In this document: positions 25,392-32,000 of the stretch, piece by piece
Numbering within the stretch: position 1 is the stretch's first letter
Layout of the letters: each line of letters opens with the position of its first letter
Assembly: GCF_051201565.1 (NCBI RefSeq)
Contig: NZ_CP179200.1
Coordinates: 720,001 to 752,000 of the forward strand
Direction of reading: 5' to 3'
Source of the DNA: Pseudothioglobus sp. nBUS_23
GTDB taxonomy: Bacteria > Pseudomonadota > Gammaproteobacteria > PS1 > Pseudothioglobaceae
Length of the DNA: 32,000 nt
Translations under genes and position numbers: made by a program
The notes under the pieces: generated by a model
Seen by the model: the letters and a program-made list of their open reading frames with translations, nothing else
Database searches by the model: none
Told to the model about the DNA's origin: nothing

Positions 25392-26195
25392 TTACTGGTT
25401 TTTTAGGTAAGAATTTAATAATTTCTCTACAGTATCTGCTGCTTTACTTGCAAAAGCAATAGTCTGTTCATGACTAATATCGCTTTCACTCATTCCCGCG
25501 GCATAATTTGTAATGACTGAGAGAGCACAAAGTTGAATGCCTTGGTGGCGAGCTAGAATGACCTCTGGAACAGTTGACATTCCAACAGCGTCAGCCCCAA
25601 GCATTTTTACCGCCCTTATTTCAGCAGGCGTTTCAAACTGTGGGCCACTGAACCAAGCATAGACACCCTCAAATAAATTGATATTATTAGCCTTTGCAGC
25701 AATCCTCATGTCATTGCTTAGTTTTGGGTCGTAAGCGTTGACCATGTTGACGAATCGCTCGTTACCATCAGCTCCAAATAAAGGGGAAACCCCTGTCATA
25801 TTAATATGATCTGTAATGAGCATGACGCTTCCTGGAGATGCCTTTTCTAAAGTGCTTCCAGCAGCATTTGTTAAAACTAAACTTTGGCAGCCTATCGCAT
25901 TCAATACTTCAATAGCAACAGCCATAATATCTGCCTTACCATGCTCATAGTAATGAGCCCTTCCTTGCATAACAACAACACTTGTGCCTTGAACCTCACC
26001 AAACAATAGTTTTCCCGCATGACCACCGACTCCTGCAACTGGAAACCCAGGCAAAGAAGTAAAATTTAGAGTGCTTTTTATATTGATGTTGTCACAAAAT
26101 TGACCAAGACCTGAGCCAAGAATGAGTCCAATTTTTGGCTTAAAGCCTTTGACGTGTTGATTAATAATCTCAACACATTCTTGCACTTGGGTCAT
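25392..26195 (-). CDS. punA: Purine nucleoside phosphorylase, trimeric PNP/MTAP family (PunA/human-PNP type)
   Basis: 267 aa with GIILGSGLG, GHAGKLLFG, GRAHYYEG-like (GRAHYYEHG), GPQFETPAE and AVGMSTVPEV, the family-2 PNP motifs. It overlaps the cdd stop (TAATG). Confidence 0.9.
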   Translation of the reverse strand: MTQVQECVEIINQHVKGFKPKIGLILGSGLGQFCDNINIKSTLNFTSLPGFPVAGVGGHAGKLLFGEVQGTSVVVMQGRAHYYEHGKADIMAVAIEVLNAIGCQSLVLTNAAGSTLEKASPGSVMLITDHINMTGVSPLFGADGNERFVNMVNAYDPKLSNDMRIAAKANNINLFEGVYAWFSGPQFETPAEIRAVKMLGADAVGMSTVPEVILARHQGIQLCALSVITNYAAGMSESDISHEQTIAFASKAADTVEKLLNSYLKNQ

Positions 26196-26587
26196 TACAG
26201 GTGCTCCGGTCCGAATGATTGCGGAAGAAGATCGGATAAATGCATACGATTCTTAATGCCTTCTGTCGAGCACATTATGACCTCGGTAGTTGCATCAGAA
26301 AACTCTCTTATTCTTTGCCTGCATCCGCCACAAGGAATTCCTCCTTCATCGTTTTTGGTCATGACATAGATTTTGTTAATTTTATGTTCACCTCCCATAA
26401 CCATAGATGCGATTGCAGAAGCTTCAGCGCAGTTACCAAGAGGATAGCTAGCGTTTTCAACATTGCAGCCACTATATTCACTACCCTTGTCGGTAATAAT
26501 TAATACCCCAACAGGATAATTTGAATAGGGAACGTAGGCCTTACTCATTGCTTCTTTGGTTAATTGTATATGGCTATCTTCAGTCAT
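26195..26587 (-). CDS. cdd: Cytidine deaminase, small homotetrameric type
   Basis: Zinc motifs CAEASAI and PCGGCRQ are present, and the product is about 131 aa. I chose the ATG at 26587 (MTEDSHIQL...), preceded by AAGGAG that lies inside the 3' end of the permease gene. The 174-aa track ORF extends spuriously into the permease coding region. Confidence 0.88.
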   Translation of the reverse strand: MTEDSHIQLTKEAMSKAYVPYSNYPVGVLIITDKGSEYSGCNVENASYPLGNCAEASAIASMVMGGEHKINKIYVMTKNDEGGIPCGGCRQRIREFSDATTEVIMCSTEGIKNRMHLSDLLPQSFGPEHL

Positions 26588-26588
26588 T

Positions 26589-27563
26589 CTATAACTCCTT
26601 AATATAAGGCTGTGCTGAGGCTTTAGGCGGGACAGCTTTGCCAATAAACCCAGCCAAAAGAATAATAGTAAGAATATAAGGTGTAGCTTCGATAAGCTGG
26701 ACAGGAATTTCCCCAACACCCGGAATAACTATGCCCTGAAGTCTAATCGAGATAGCGTCTAAAAAAGCAAATAAGAAGCATGCTGCAAGGACCTTGTAGG
26801 GATGCCACTTTCCAAAAATAAGAGCTGCAAGAGCAATAAATCCGCTTCCAGCAGTCATATCTTTAACAAACTGAGCGTTATATGCAGTAGAGAGATATAC
26901 ACCGCCTATACCACACAATATTCCACCAATTAAAAGGGCTTTATAGCGAAGAGACTCAACAGAGATTCCAGCCGTATCCACCGCTTTTGGATTCTCTCCT
27001 ACAGCTCGAAGTCGAAGACCAAAACGAGTTTTAAAGACTACCCACCATACCATTGGGACAATGACAAAAGCAAGGTATACCAAGATGTTATGACCGCTGA
27101 TTAGCTCCCTATAGATAACTCCTAAAATTGGAACATGGTCGATGAGATCAAGGCCAGGCAAATCAATCGAAAGGAATCTTTGGTCATTATTTAAAGTAGG
27201 AGTGATTCCAGCCTTTTTGAACCAGGCAAGACTAAGAATCATGGTCAGTCCAGCTGCCAAGATATTGATTGCAACGCCACTGACAATCTGATTACCTTTA
27301 TAAGTAATCGATGCGAAGCCATGAACCATCGCTAGCACTGAAGAGGCAATGATTCCTGCCAGTAGCCCAATCCATGGTGAGCCAAATACTACTGCGGCAC
27401 TTGCAGCAATAAATGCTGACATAAGTAATTTACCTTCTAGTCCAATATCGACTACTCCAGAGCGTTCTGCAAATAGTCCTGCCATTGAAGCGAAAATGAG
27501 AGGGACACAGACGCGAACAGAAGCATCTAAGGTTAAAACCGTACTTAAAAAGATATCACTCAT
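26589..27563 (-). CDS. ABC transporter permease, BMP/nucleoside (CUT2-like) system, second permease (B. subtilis NupQ/YufQ-like)
   Basis: 324 aa and highly hydrophobic with roughly 8-10 TM segments. It has GERSGVVDIGLEGKLL-type N-terminal and GKWHP motifs seen in BMP-associated permeases. ATGA overlap with the upstream permease. Confidence 0.88.
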   Translation of the reverse strand: MSDIFLSTVLTLDASVRVCVPLIFASMAGLFAERSGVVDIGLEGKLLMSAFIAASAAVVFGSPWIGLLAGIIASSVLAMVHGFASITYKGNQIVSGVAINILAAGLTMILSLAWFKKAGITPTLNNDQRFLSIDLPGLDLIDHVPILGVIYRELISGHNILVYLAFVIVPMVWWVVFKTRFGLRLRAVGENPKAVDTAGISVESLRYKALLIGGILCGIGGVYLSTAYNAQFVKDMTAGSGFIALAALIFGKWHPYKVLAACFLFAFLDAISIRLQGIVIPGVGEIPVQLIEATPYILTIILLAGFIGKAVPPKASAQPYIKEL

Positions 27564-28660
27564 TCTGTTGCCTCAATTGGAGCTAAAAAGCGAATTAAAA
27601 TTGGCCTGTACAAGTACTCAAGGCCACCACAAAATAGAATAACAAGTCCCTGCATAACAACAACAATATCCCTAGAGACATTCTGAAGTTCAAAGTCTAG
27701 CTCTGCACCCCCTTGATAAAGGATTCCAAAGAGAAAGGCCGCAATCAGAATTCCAACGGGATGATTACGACCCATCAGAGCTACAGCAATACCACCAAAA
27801 CCATAGCCATAATTAAAATTGAGGAATAGGCGGTGCTGAACGCCCATAAGTTCATTGATTCCTACCAGACCTGCTAAAGCGCCAGAAATACACATGGTGA
27901 CAATAATAATCTTTTTTGGGTTGATTCCACCATAGACAGCAGCATCGTTACTTTTTCCAACCGCTCGAATAGCATAGCCCCAGCGAGTATGCCAAAGAAA
28001 AAACCAAACCAATCCTGAGAAAAATAGTGCCACAAGGATAGATAAATTAAGTGGTGATTTTGCAATCTTATAGCCAAAACTAGCAAAAACATCATGAACA
28101 AAAGGCAGCCAAGAGGCTTTGATAAAATCTGCACTTTCTGGAGACATTTCACCAACTTCTCTTAAAACATTGACTAAGACATAAACCATCAATGCAGAGG
28201 CTAAAAAGTTGAACATAATCGTTGTTATAACAATATGGCTTCCTCTATAAGCCTGCAAATAGGCAGGAATAATAGCCCATAGAGCGCCAAAGAGAAGCCC
28301 TCCAGAAATTGCTAGAGGGATGACTATCCATGCACTTAATGCAGGGTTTAAGTATAACGCAACTATAGCAGTGCCTAGGCCGCCAACATATGCCTGACCT
28401 TCACCACCAATATTAAATAATCCAGCATGAAAGGCAACCGCTACAGCTAAACCAGTAAATACAAAGTTGGTTGCATAATAAAGCGTGTAGCCTAAACCCT
28501 CATCATATCCGAGTGCACCATAAATCAAGATTTTTGTTGCCTCAATAGGATCTACGCCAATTAGAATAAATACAATAGCCGTGGCAATAAATGCGGTTAA
28601 AACATTGAGGAAGGGTAACAATAATCCGTTAATCCATGATAAGCGTCTCTCACGAGTCAT
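27560..28660 (-). CDS. ABC transporter permease, BMP/nucleoside system, first permease (NupP/YufP-like)
   Basis: 366 aa, a polytopic membrane protein with FNIGGEGQ and AVALMGRNHP blocks. ATGA overlap with the ATPase gene. Confidence 0.88.
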   Translation of the reverse strand: MTRERRLSWINGLLLPFLNVLTAFIATAIVFILIGVDPIEATKILIYGALGYDEGLGYTLYYATNFVFTGLAVAVAFHAGLFNIGGEGQAYVGGLGTAIVALYLNPALSAWIVIPLAISGGLLFGALWAIIPAYLQAYRGSHIVITTIMFNFLASALMVYVLVNVLREVGEMSPESADFIKASWLPFVHDVFASFGYKIAKSPLNLSILVALFFSGLVWFFLWHTRWGYAIRAVGKSNDAAVYGGINPKKIIIVTMCISGALAGLVGINELMGVQHRLFLNFNYGYGFGGIAVALMGRNHPVGILIAAFLFGILYQGGAELDFELQNVSRDIVVVMQGLVILFCGGLEYLYRPILIRFLAPIEATE

Positions 28661-30213
28661 ACTTTGGCTCCCTTTAATGAATCTTCAGATTCAAGCGCAT
28701 TAGCCATCATCATTCCAAGTGTCGCCTCATCTGCATCTGATCCGTTTACTGTTCCTGTAATTTCACCGTCACACATTACAACAATCCGGTCACTTAATGA
28801 CATTATCTCTTCTAGTTCAACTGAGATTAAAATGATCGCTTTGCCAGCATCTCTCATCTCAATAATTCTTTTTCTAATAAACTCGATTGCACCAATATCG
28901 ACACCTCGGGTAGGCTGGCCAATAATGAGAAGGTCTGGGTCTCTCTCAAACTCTCTAGCTAAAATAAGTTTCTGCTGATTACCACCTGAAAAATTCGAAG
29001 ACATCAGGTTGGGGTTGCTTGGACGGACATCAAATGCTTCCATCATTGATTCGCAGTTAGCTTTCACAGAAGCACGCTTTAGCCAAACCCCTTGGTTGAT
29101 TGTTTTGTCATTGTGATAGCCTAATAATGCAGTTTCGCTGGCAGTAAATTCTGAGATCATTCCCATTCTTTGCCTGTCTTCAGGGACATGGGCAACGCCT
29201 AGGTTTCTTAATTGCTCGGGATTTAAAGTGTTGTTAGAGGTAATCGTTTCGCCCATTATCTCAATTGAGCCTTTTGAAATTGGAAGTATTCCAGCCAAGG
29301 CTTTTAAAAGAGTTCCTTGACCATTTCCAGTCACACCAGCAATTCCTAAAATTTCTCCTGAGCGAGCTTCAAAACTGACATCTGAAACTCTCTTTAAGCC
29401 TTGTTCATTCATTATTTCAAGGTTTTTCGCAATCAGAGCAGGGCTTCCAGACTTTGCTTTAGATTTTTTAATGTTGAGTAGAACTTTTCTTCCAATCATG
29501 AGTTCTGCTAGCTCTTCTGGATTGGTTTTACTTGTCTCCCTGTGAGCAACCATTTTGCCAGCACGCATTACTGAAACATTGTCGGTTATGCTCATGATTT
29601 CACGAAGCTTATGAGTAATCAAAATAATTGTTACGCCTTGCTTTTTGAGTGCCTCAAATATGCGAAACAGTTCGTCTGATTCTTGAGGCGTTAACACTCC
29701 AGTGGGTTCGTCAAGAATTAAAACTTTAGCGCCTTTATAAAGTCCTTTTAATATCTCTACTCTTTGTTGCATGCCCACTGAAAGGTCTTCAATAGCAACA
29801 TCTAGATCAACCTCTAGACCATATTCTTTTGCAAGTCTAGTGAGTTCAATTCTTGCATTGGCAAGGCTTTCAGAAATCAATGCGCCACCTTCACTCCCAA
29901 GAACAACATTCTCAAGGACCGTAAAGTTATCTACCAACATAAAGTGTTGATGGACCATTCCAATACCTGCCTCAATAGATTGCTTTGAACTTATTGCTCT
30001 GAAGTCTTTATTGAAAACTTTAATTTGTCCAGAGTCCGCCTGATAAAAGCCATACAAGATACTCATTAATGTTGACTTACCGGCACCATTCTCACCAACA
30101 ATTCCATGAATTGTTCCAGTTTGGACACTCAGGTTGACCTTGTCATTAGCGTGCACAGCACCAAAATGTTTATCAACATTGATTAGCTCAATGGCAATGT
30201 TCGACTCAGTCAT
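28657..30213 (-). CDS. ABC transporter ATP-binding protein with tandem ATPase domains (CUT2 type; NupO/YufO-like)
   Basis: 518 aa. Domain 1 has GENGAGKST, LSVGMQQR and ILDEPT. Domain 2 has a degenerate Walker A GVTGNGQGT, plus FSGGNQQK and LIIGQPTRGVD. Confidence 0.92.
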   Translation of the reverse strand: MTESNIAIELINVDKHFGAVHANDKVNLSVQTGTIHGIVGENGAGKSTLMSILYGFYQADSGQIKVFNKDFRAISSKQSIEAGIGMVHQHFMLVDNFTVLENVVLGSEGGALISESLANARIELTRLAKEYGLEVDLDVAIEDLSVGMQQRVEILKGLYKGAKVLILDEPTGVLTPQESDELFRIFEALKKQGVTIILITHKLREIMSITDNVSVMRAGKMVAHRETSKTNPEELAELMIGRKVLLNIKKSKAKSGSPALIAKNLEIMNEQGLKRVSDVSFEARSGEILGIAGVTGNGQGTLLKALAGILPISKGSIEIMGETITSNNTLNPEQLRNLGVAHVPEDRQRMGMISEFTASETALLGYHNDKTINQGVWLKRASVKANCESMMEAFDVRPSNPNLMSSNFSGGNQQKLILAREFERDPDLLIIGQPTRGVDIGAIEFIRKRIIEMRDAGKAIILISVELEEIMSLSDRIVVMCDGEITGTVNGSDADEATLGMMMANALESEDSLKGAKV

Positions 30214-30264
30214 AGCTACTTATTTTAACCAAGAAATAGATTTATTATAGTTATATAGATTTGA

Positions 30265-30284
30265 AACTTTTATATATAAAAGTT
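30265..30284. repeat. Perfect 20-nt AT-rich palindrome AACTTTTATATATAAAAGTT
   Basis: The sequence is self-complementary over all 20 nt. It sits immediately 3' (operon sense) of the terminator U-tract and 52 nt upstream of the ATPase ATG. Function is unknown. Confidence 0.5.
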
Positions 30285-30319
30285 AAAAAAAAACATCCGG
30301 CCCTAGAGCCGGATGTTTT
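30285..30319 (-). terminator. Rho-independent hairpin after the binding-protein gene (intra-operon attenuator)
   Basis: On the minus strand, AAACATCCGGC-TCTAGGG-GCCGGATGTTT forms an 11-bp GC-rich stem (30319-30309 / 30301-30291). A run of 9 U follows (A-run 30285-30293 on the plus strand, partly shared with the stem). It lies between the SBP stop (30340) and the ATPase start (30213). Confidence 0.65.
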
Positions 30320-30339
30320 AATCTAAAAAAAACTGCTTG

Positions 30340-31380
30340 TTATAAAGGGCAGCTATTATCAGACATGTAGTCATGAACAACAATAGAGCCATCGATAATT
30401 CCAGCTCTTGCTGCATCTACAGCGGCAAGCATGTCAGAAGAAACCAGATCAGCGTTGTACTCGTCCATTGCGGCACCAACACCATCTTCAGCTACTCCAT
30501 TTACTTTAAAGCCACCTGACCATGTTCCATCAACAGCAGCAGCAAAGCTTTCATATGCAGCTAAACCAACTTTCTTGTACATTGAAGTCAGCATAGTTCC
30601 TGGTTGCATGTAGTTCTGGTTTGAGTCTACACCAATTGCTAACACACCCATATCTGCAGCTGTTTGGTATACACCGATTCCAGTTCCACCAGCAGCAGCG
30701 TAAACTACGTCAGCACCATTTTCAACTTGGCTACGAGTAATTTCACCACCCTTAGTTGGGTTGCCCCAAGCTGCAGGAGTTGATCCTGTCATCTGAGCTA
30801 GAACATTCATAGAGCTATCAGCATGAGCAACACCTTGCTTGTAGCCACATTCGAAACGACTAATTAATGGAATATCCATTCCACCAACAAAACCTACAGT
30901 CCCAGAGTTTGACGCCATAGCTGCCATGACTCCAACTAGGAAAGAGCCTTCATGCTCTTTAAAGATGACGTTTTGAACATTTGGAGCATCAACTACACCA
31001 TCGATAATAGTGAACTGAGTGTCTGGATATTCAGCTGCAGCTGCTGCAACTGCATTAGCCATAGTGAATCCCACAGCAATAACTGGTGAATAGCCACGCT
31101 GAGCAAACTTCTTAAGGCTTTGCTCCATCATTGCCTCGTTAGTTGGCTCTAATTCTGTAACCGCAATACCAGTGTCATTCATAAACTTCATTACACCGTT
31201 TACATAAACAGCCTCGTTGAATGACTTGTCATTTTTTCCGGCAGTGTCATAAACGACTGCTGGCTTGACATGACCATCAGCTTGAGCAATTGGTGCTGCT
31301 AAAAGAAACGTAGAAGCAATAACCGCTAAGCCAGTTTTTTTGAGCAATCCACTAAAATGTGAACGTTTCATGTTTTTCAT
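30340..31380 (-). CDS. BMP-family ABC transporter substrate-binding protein (nucleoside-binding, PnrA/Med/NupN-like)
   Basis: 346 aa with a signal peptide ending AQA/DG, which is not a lipobox. It has VVYDTAGKNDKSFNEA (the BMP G..DKSFN block) and GVDSNQ. An AAGGAG RBS lies at 31394-31389. Confidence 0.9.
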   Translation of the reverse strand: MKNMKRSHFSGLLKKTGLAVIASTFLLAAPIAQADGHVKPAVVYDTAGKNDKSFNEAVYVNGVMKFMNDTGIAVTELEPTNEAMMEQSLKKFAQRGYSPVIAVGFTMANAVAAAAAEYPDTQFTIIDGVVDAPNVQNVIFKEHEGSFLVGVMAAMASNSGTVGFVGGMDIPLISRFECGYKQGVAHADSSMNVLAQMTGSTPAAWGNPTKGGEITRSQVENGADVVYAAAGGTGIGVYQTAADMGVLAIGVDSNQNYMQPGTMLTSMYKKVGLAAYESFAAAVDGTWSGGFKVNGVAEDGVGAAMDEYNADLVSSDMLAAVDAARAGIIDGSIVVHDYMSDNSCPL

Positions 31381-31520
31381 TGTGTACTCTCCTTAGTTAT
31401 TAATCTTAATTTTTAATAGAAAAAAACCGTCATTAAAAAAAAGACAGTCAAAATATCTTTAGTATTAACTCAAGTTTTGTTCTTAAAAGTATATAGAAAT
31501 TAAATTCCCGAGTTATGAAT

Positions 31521-31549
31521 ATTCTATTCTTGAAAATGGTCTTTGTCAA
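31521..31549 (-). promoter_or_regulatory. Near-consensus sigma70 promoter for the nucleoside operon
   Basis: On the minus strand: TTGACA (31549-31544), a 17-nt spacer, then TAGAAT (31526-31521), preceded by a T-rich UP-like tract. The predicted TSS near 31514 gives a leader of about 130 nt. Confidence 0.6.
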
Positions 31550-31643
31550 AAAAAAATCGATATATTTTTCAATCTTCCTAAATTGGTATCCTTAAATTAA
31601 GTTTGGTGTTTTTTTTCTGTAATATTTTTATAATAAATAATGA

Positions 31644-31666
31644 TTGTTTACAATAATTGTCAACAA
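31644..31666. promoter_or_regulatory. Two TTGT-NN-ACAA motifs (candidate GntR-family operators)
   Basis: TTGTTTACAA (31644-31653) and TTGTCAACAA (31657-31666) are 13 bp apart start-to-start. Both fit the generic GntR operator pattern (N)GT(N)xAC(N). They lie just upstream of a TATAAT (31676-81) in front of the GntR gene. Confidence 0.35.
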
Positions 31667-31715
31667 ATTTAGGCATATAATAAAAGCTTTAGATTAAATG
31701 ATTAAGGCTGAGTTA

Positions 31716-32000
31716 ATGAATACTGAAATTCATAAAAATTCTGATGAGGTGGTTGACCTAGTTTTTGAAGCAATTCTAAAGAATCGCCTAAAGCCTGGTG
31801 TAAGACTTTCAGAAATATCTTTGCAGGAAGAGTTTGGCTACAGTCGCTCAGTTGTTAGACAGGGATTTGATAAGCTAGTTGATTCAGGCCTGCTGCAACA
31901 TAAGAAGAACCAAGGAGTCAGGGTGGCTTGCCCAACTAAAGAAGAGACGACTCAGATTTATGAAGCGAGGCAGGCTATTGAAAACGCTGTCATTACAATA
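31716..32000 (+). CDS. GntR-family transcriptional regulator (partial; continues beyond window end)
   Basis: MNTEIHKNSDEVVDLVFEAILKNRLKPGVRLSEISLQEEFGYSRSVVRQGFDKLVDSGLLQHKKNQGVRVA is a winged-helix GntR N-terminal domain. The following EETTQIYEARQAIE looks like the start of an FCD-type effector domain. An in-frame ATG at 31698 is an alternative start. The frame stays open to 32000. Confidence 0.85.
   Translation, partial: MNTEIHKNSDEVVDLVFEAILKNRLKPGVRLSEISLQEEFGYSRSVVRQGFDKLVDSGLLQHKKNQGVRVACPTKEETTQIYEARQAIENAVITI

Noticed and set aside
26588-26719. N-terminal 44 codons of the 174-aa track ORF for cytidine deaminase (MLGKFLSSLSKLHLIFLL...)
   Set aside because: It lies entirely inside the 3' end of the well-supported permease gene (26589..27563) in another frame. 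A proper ATG with an AAGGAG RBS exists at 26587 and gives a canonical ~131-aa CDA.
1953-30613. Short ORFs listed in the track that lie antisense to, or in an alternate frame within, the strong genes. Examples: 1953..2162+, 2500..2712-, 3534..3719+, 4449..4724+, 5252..5503-, 5566..5931-, 6023..6238-, 8102..8290-, 8321..8590-, 9265..9474+, 15156..15398-, 15503..15697+, 16667..16945-, 18765..18950+, 20147..20374+, 20220..20417-, 21979..22374+, 23099..23290-, 23613..23855+, 24574..24768+, 26154..26503+, 27349..27642+, 27874..28155-, 28664..28978+, 30431..30613+.
   Set aside because: All are embedded in genes with unambiguous family motifs. They have low-complexity or Ser/Leu/Pro-rich shadow-frame composition, no RBS and no recognisable motifs, so they are typical shadow ORFs.
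31381-31514. Riboswitch in the ~130-nt leader of the nucleoside operon
   Set aside because: The leader is extremely AT-rich. It has only weak pairings (a 6-bp stem with a G-U and an 11-nt loop) and no motif I recognise from known purine, preQ1, 2'-dG or PRPP riboswitch classes. It is kept only as a weak attenuator remark.
1-32000. CRISPR arrays, rRNA genes, IS elements/transposases, toxin-antitoxin pairs, restriction-modification or other known defence gene signatures
   Set aside because: I found no regularly spaced repeats, no transposase, nuclease or helicase-type ORFs, and no small overlapping two-gene cassettes. The only mobile-element trace is the 26-codon integrase-like remnant.

Overview
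This is a chromosomal segment from a low-GC proteobacterium; the cmk-rpsA-ihfB order is typical of Gamma/Betaproteobacteria. GC is roughly 40-47% in core genes and 22-37% in one islet, judged only from spot counts of a few 60-nt lines.

Layout:
- (1) 1-7750: housekeeping block. It holds a partial HAD hydrolase, uup, ccmH, a TPR protein, lysS, cmk, rpsA, ihfB and tRNA-Lys(UUU) with its own promoter and terminator.
- (2) 7750-11800: an AT-richer accessory islet starting right after the tRNA. It holds iterated 8-mers, a 26-codon integrase N-terminal remnant, a 714-aa type Va autotransporter, a TPR-SAM methyltransferase fusion and a hotdog thioesterase.
- (3) 12103-17645: an oppABCDF-type peptide ABC importer with an attenuator hairpin after oppA.
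- (4) 17780-31380, all on the minus strand: twelve tightly packed, often overlapping genes that look like a single operon for nucleoside uptake and catabolism. In order they are a BMP-family binding protein, a tandem ATPase, two permeases, cdd, a trimeric-type PNP, a long animal-like DERA (deoC), a 785-aa two-domain ALDH16-like aldehyde dehydrogenase, deoA, deoB, add and a Gpt-like phosphoribosyltransferase. A near-consensus sigma70 promoter precedes it, and a GntR-family regulator is divergently transcribed and runs off the window at 32000.

I found no rRNA, CRISPR array, intact mobile element or recognisable defence system. The most novel item I can support is the ALDH16-type protein, a family with unknown physiological role, embedded between deoC and deoA. 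That placement gives a testable functional hypothesis. All homology calls come from motif recognition by eye, since no searches were possible.
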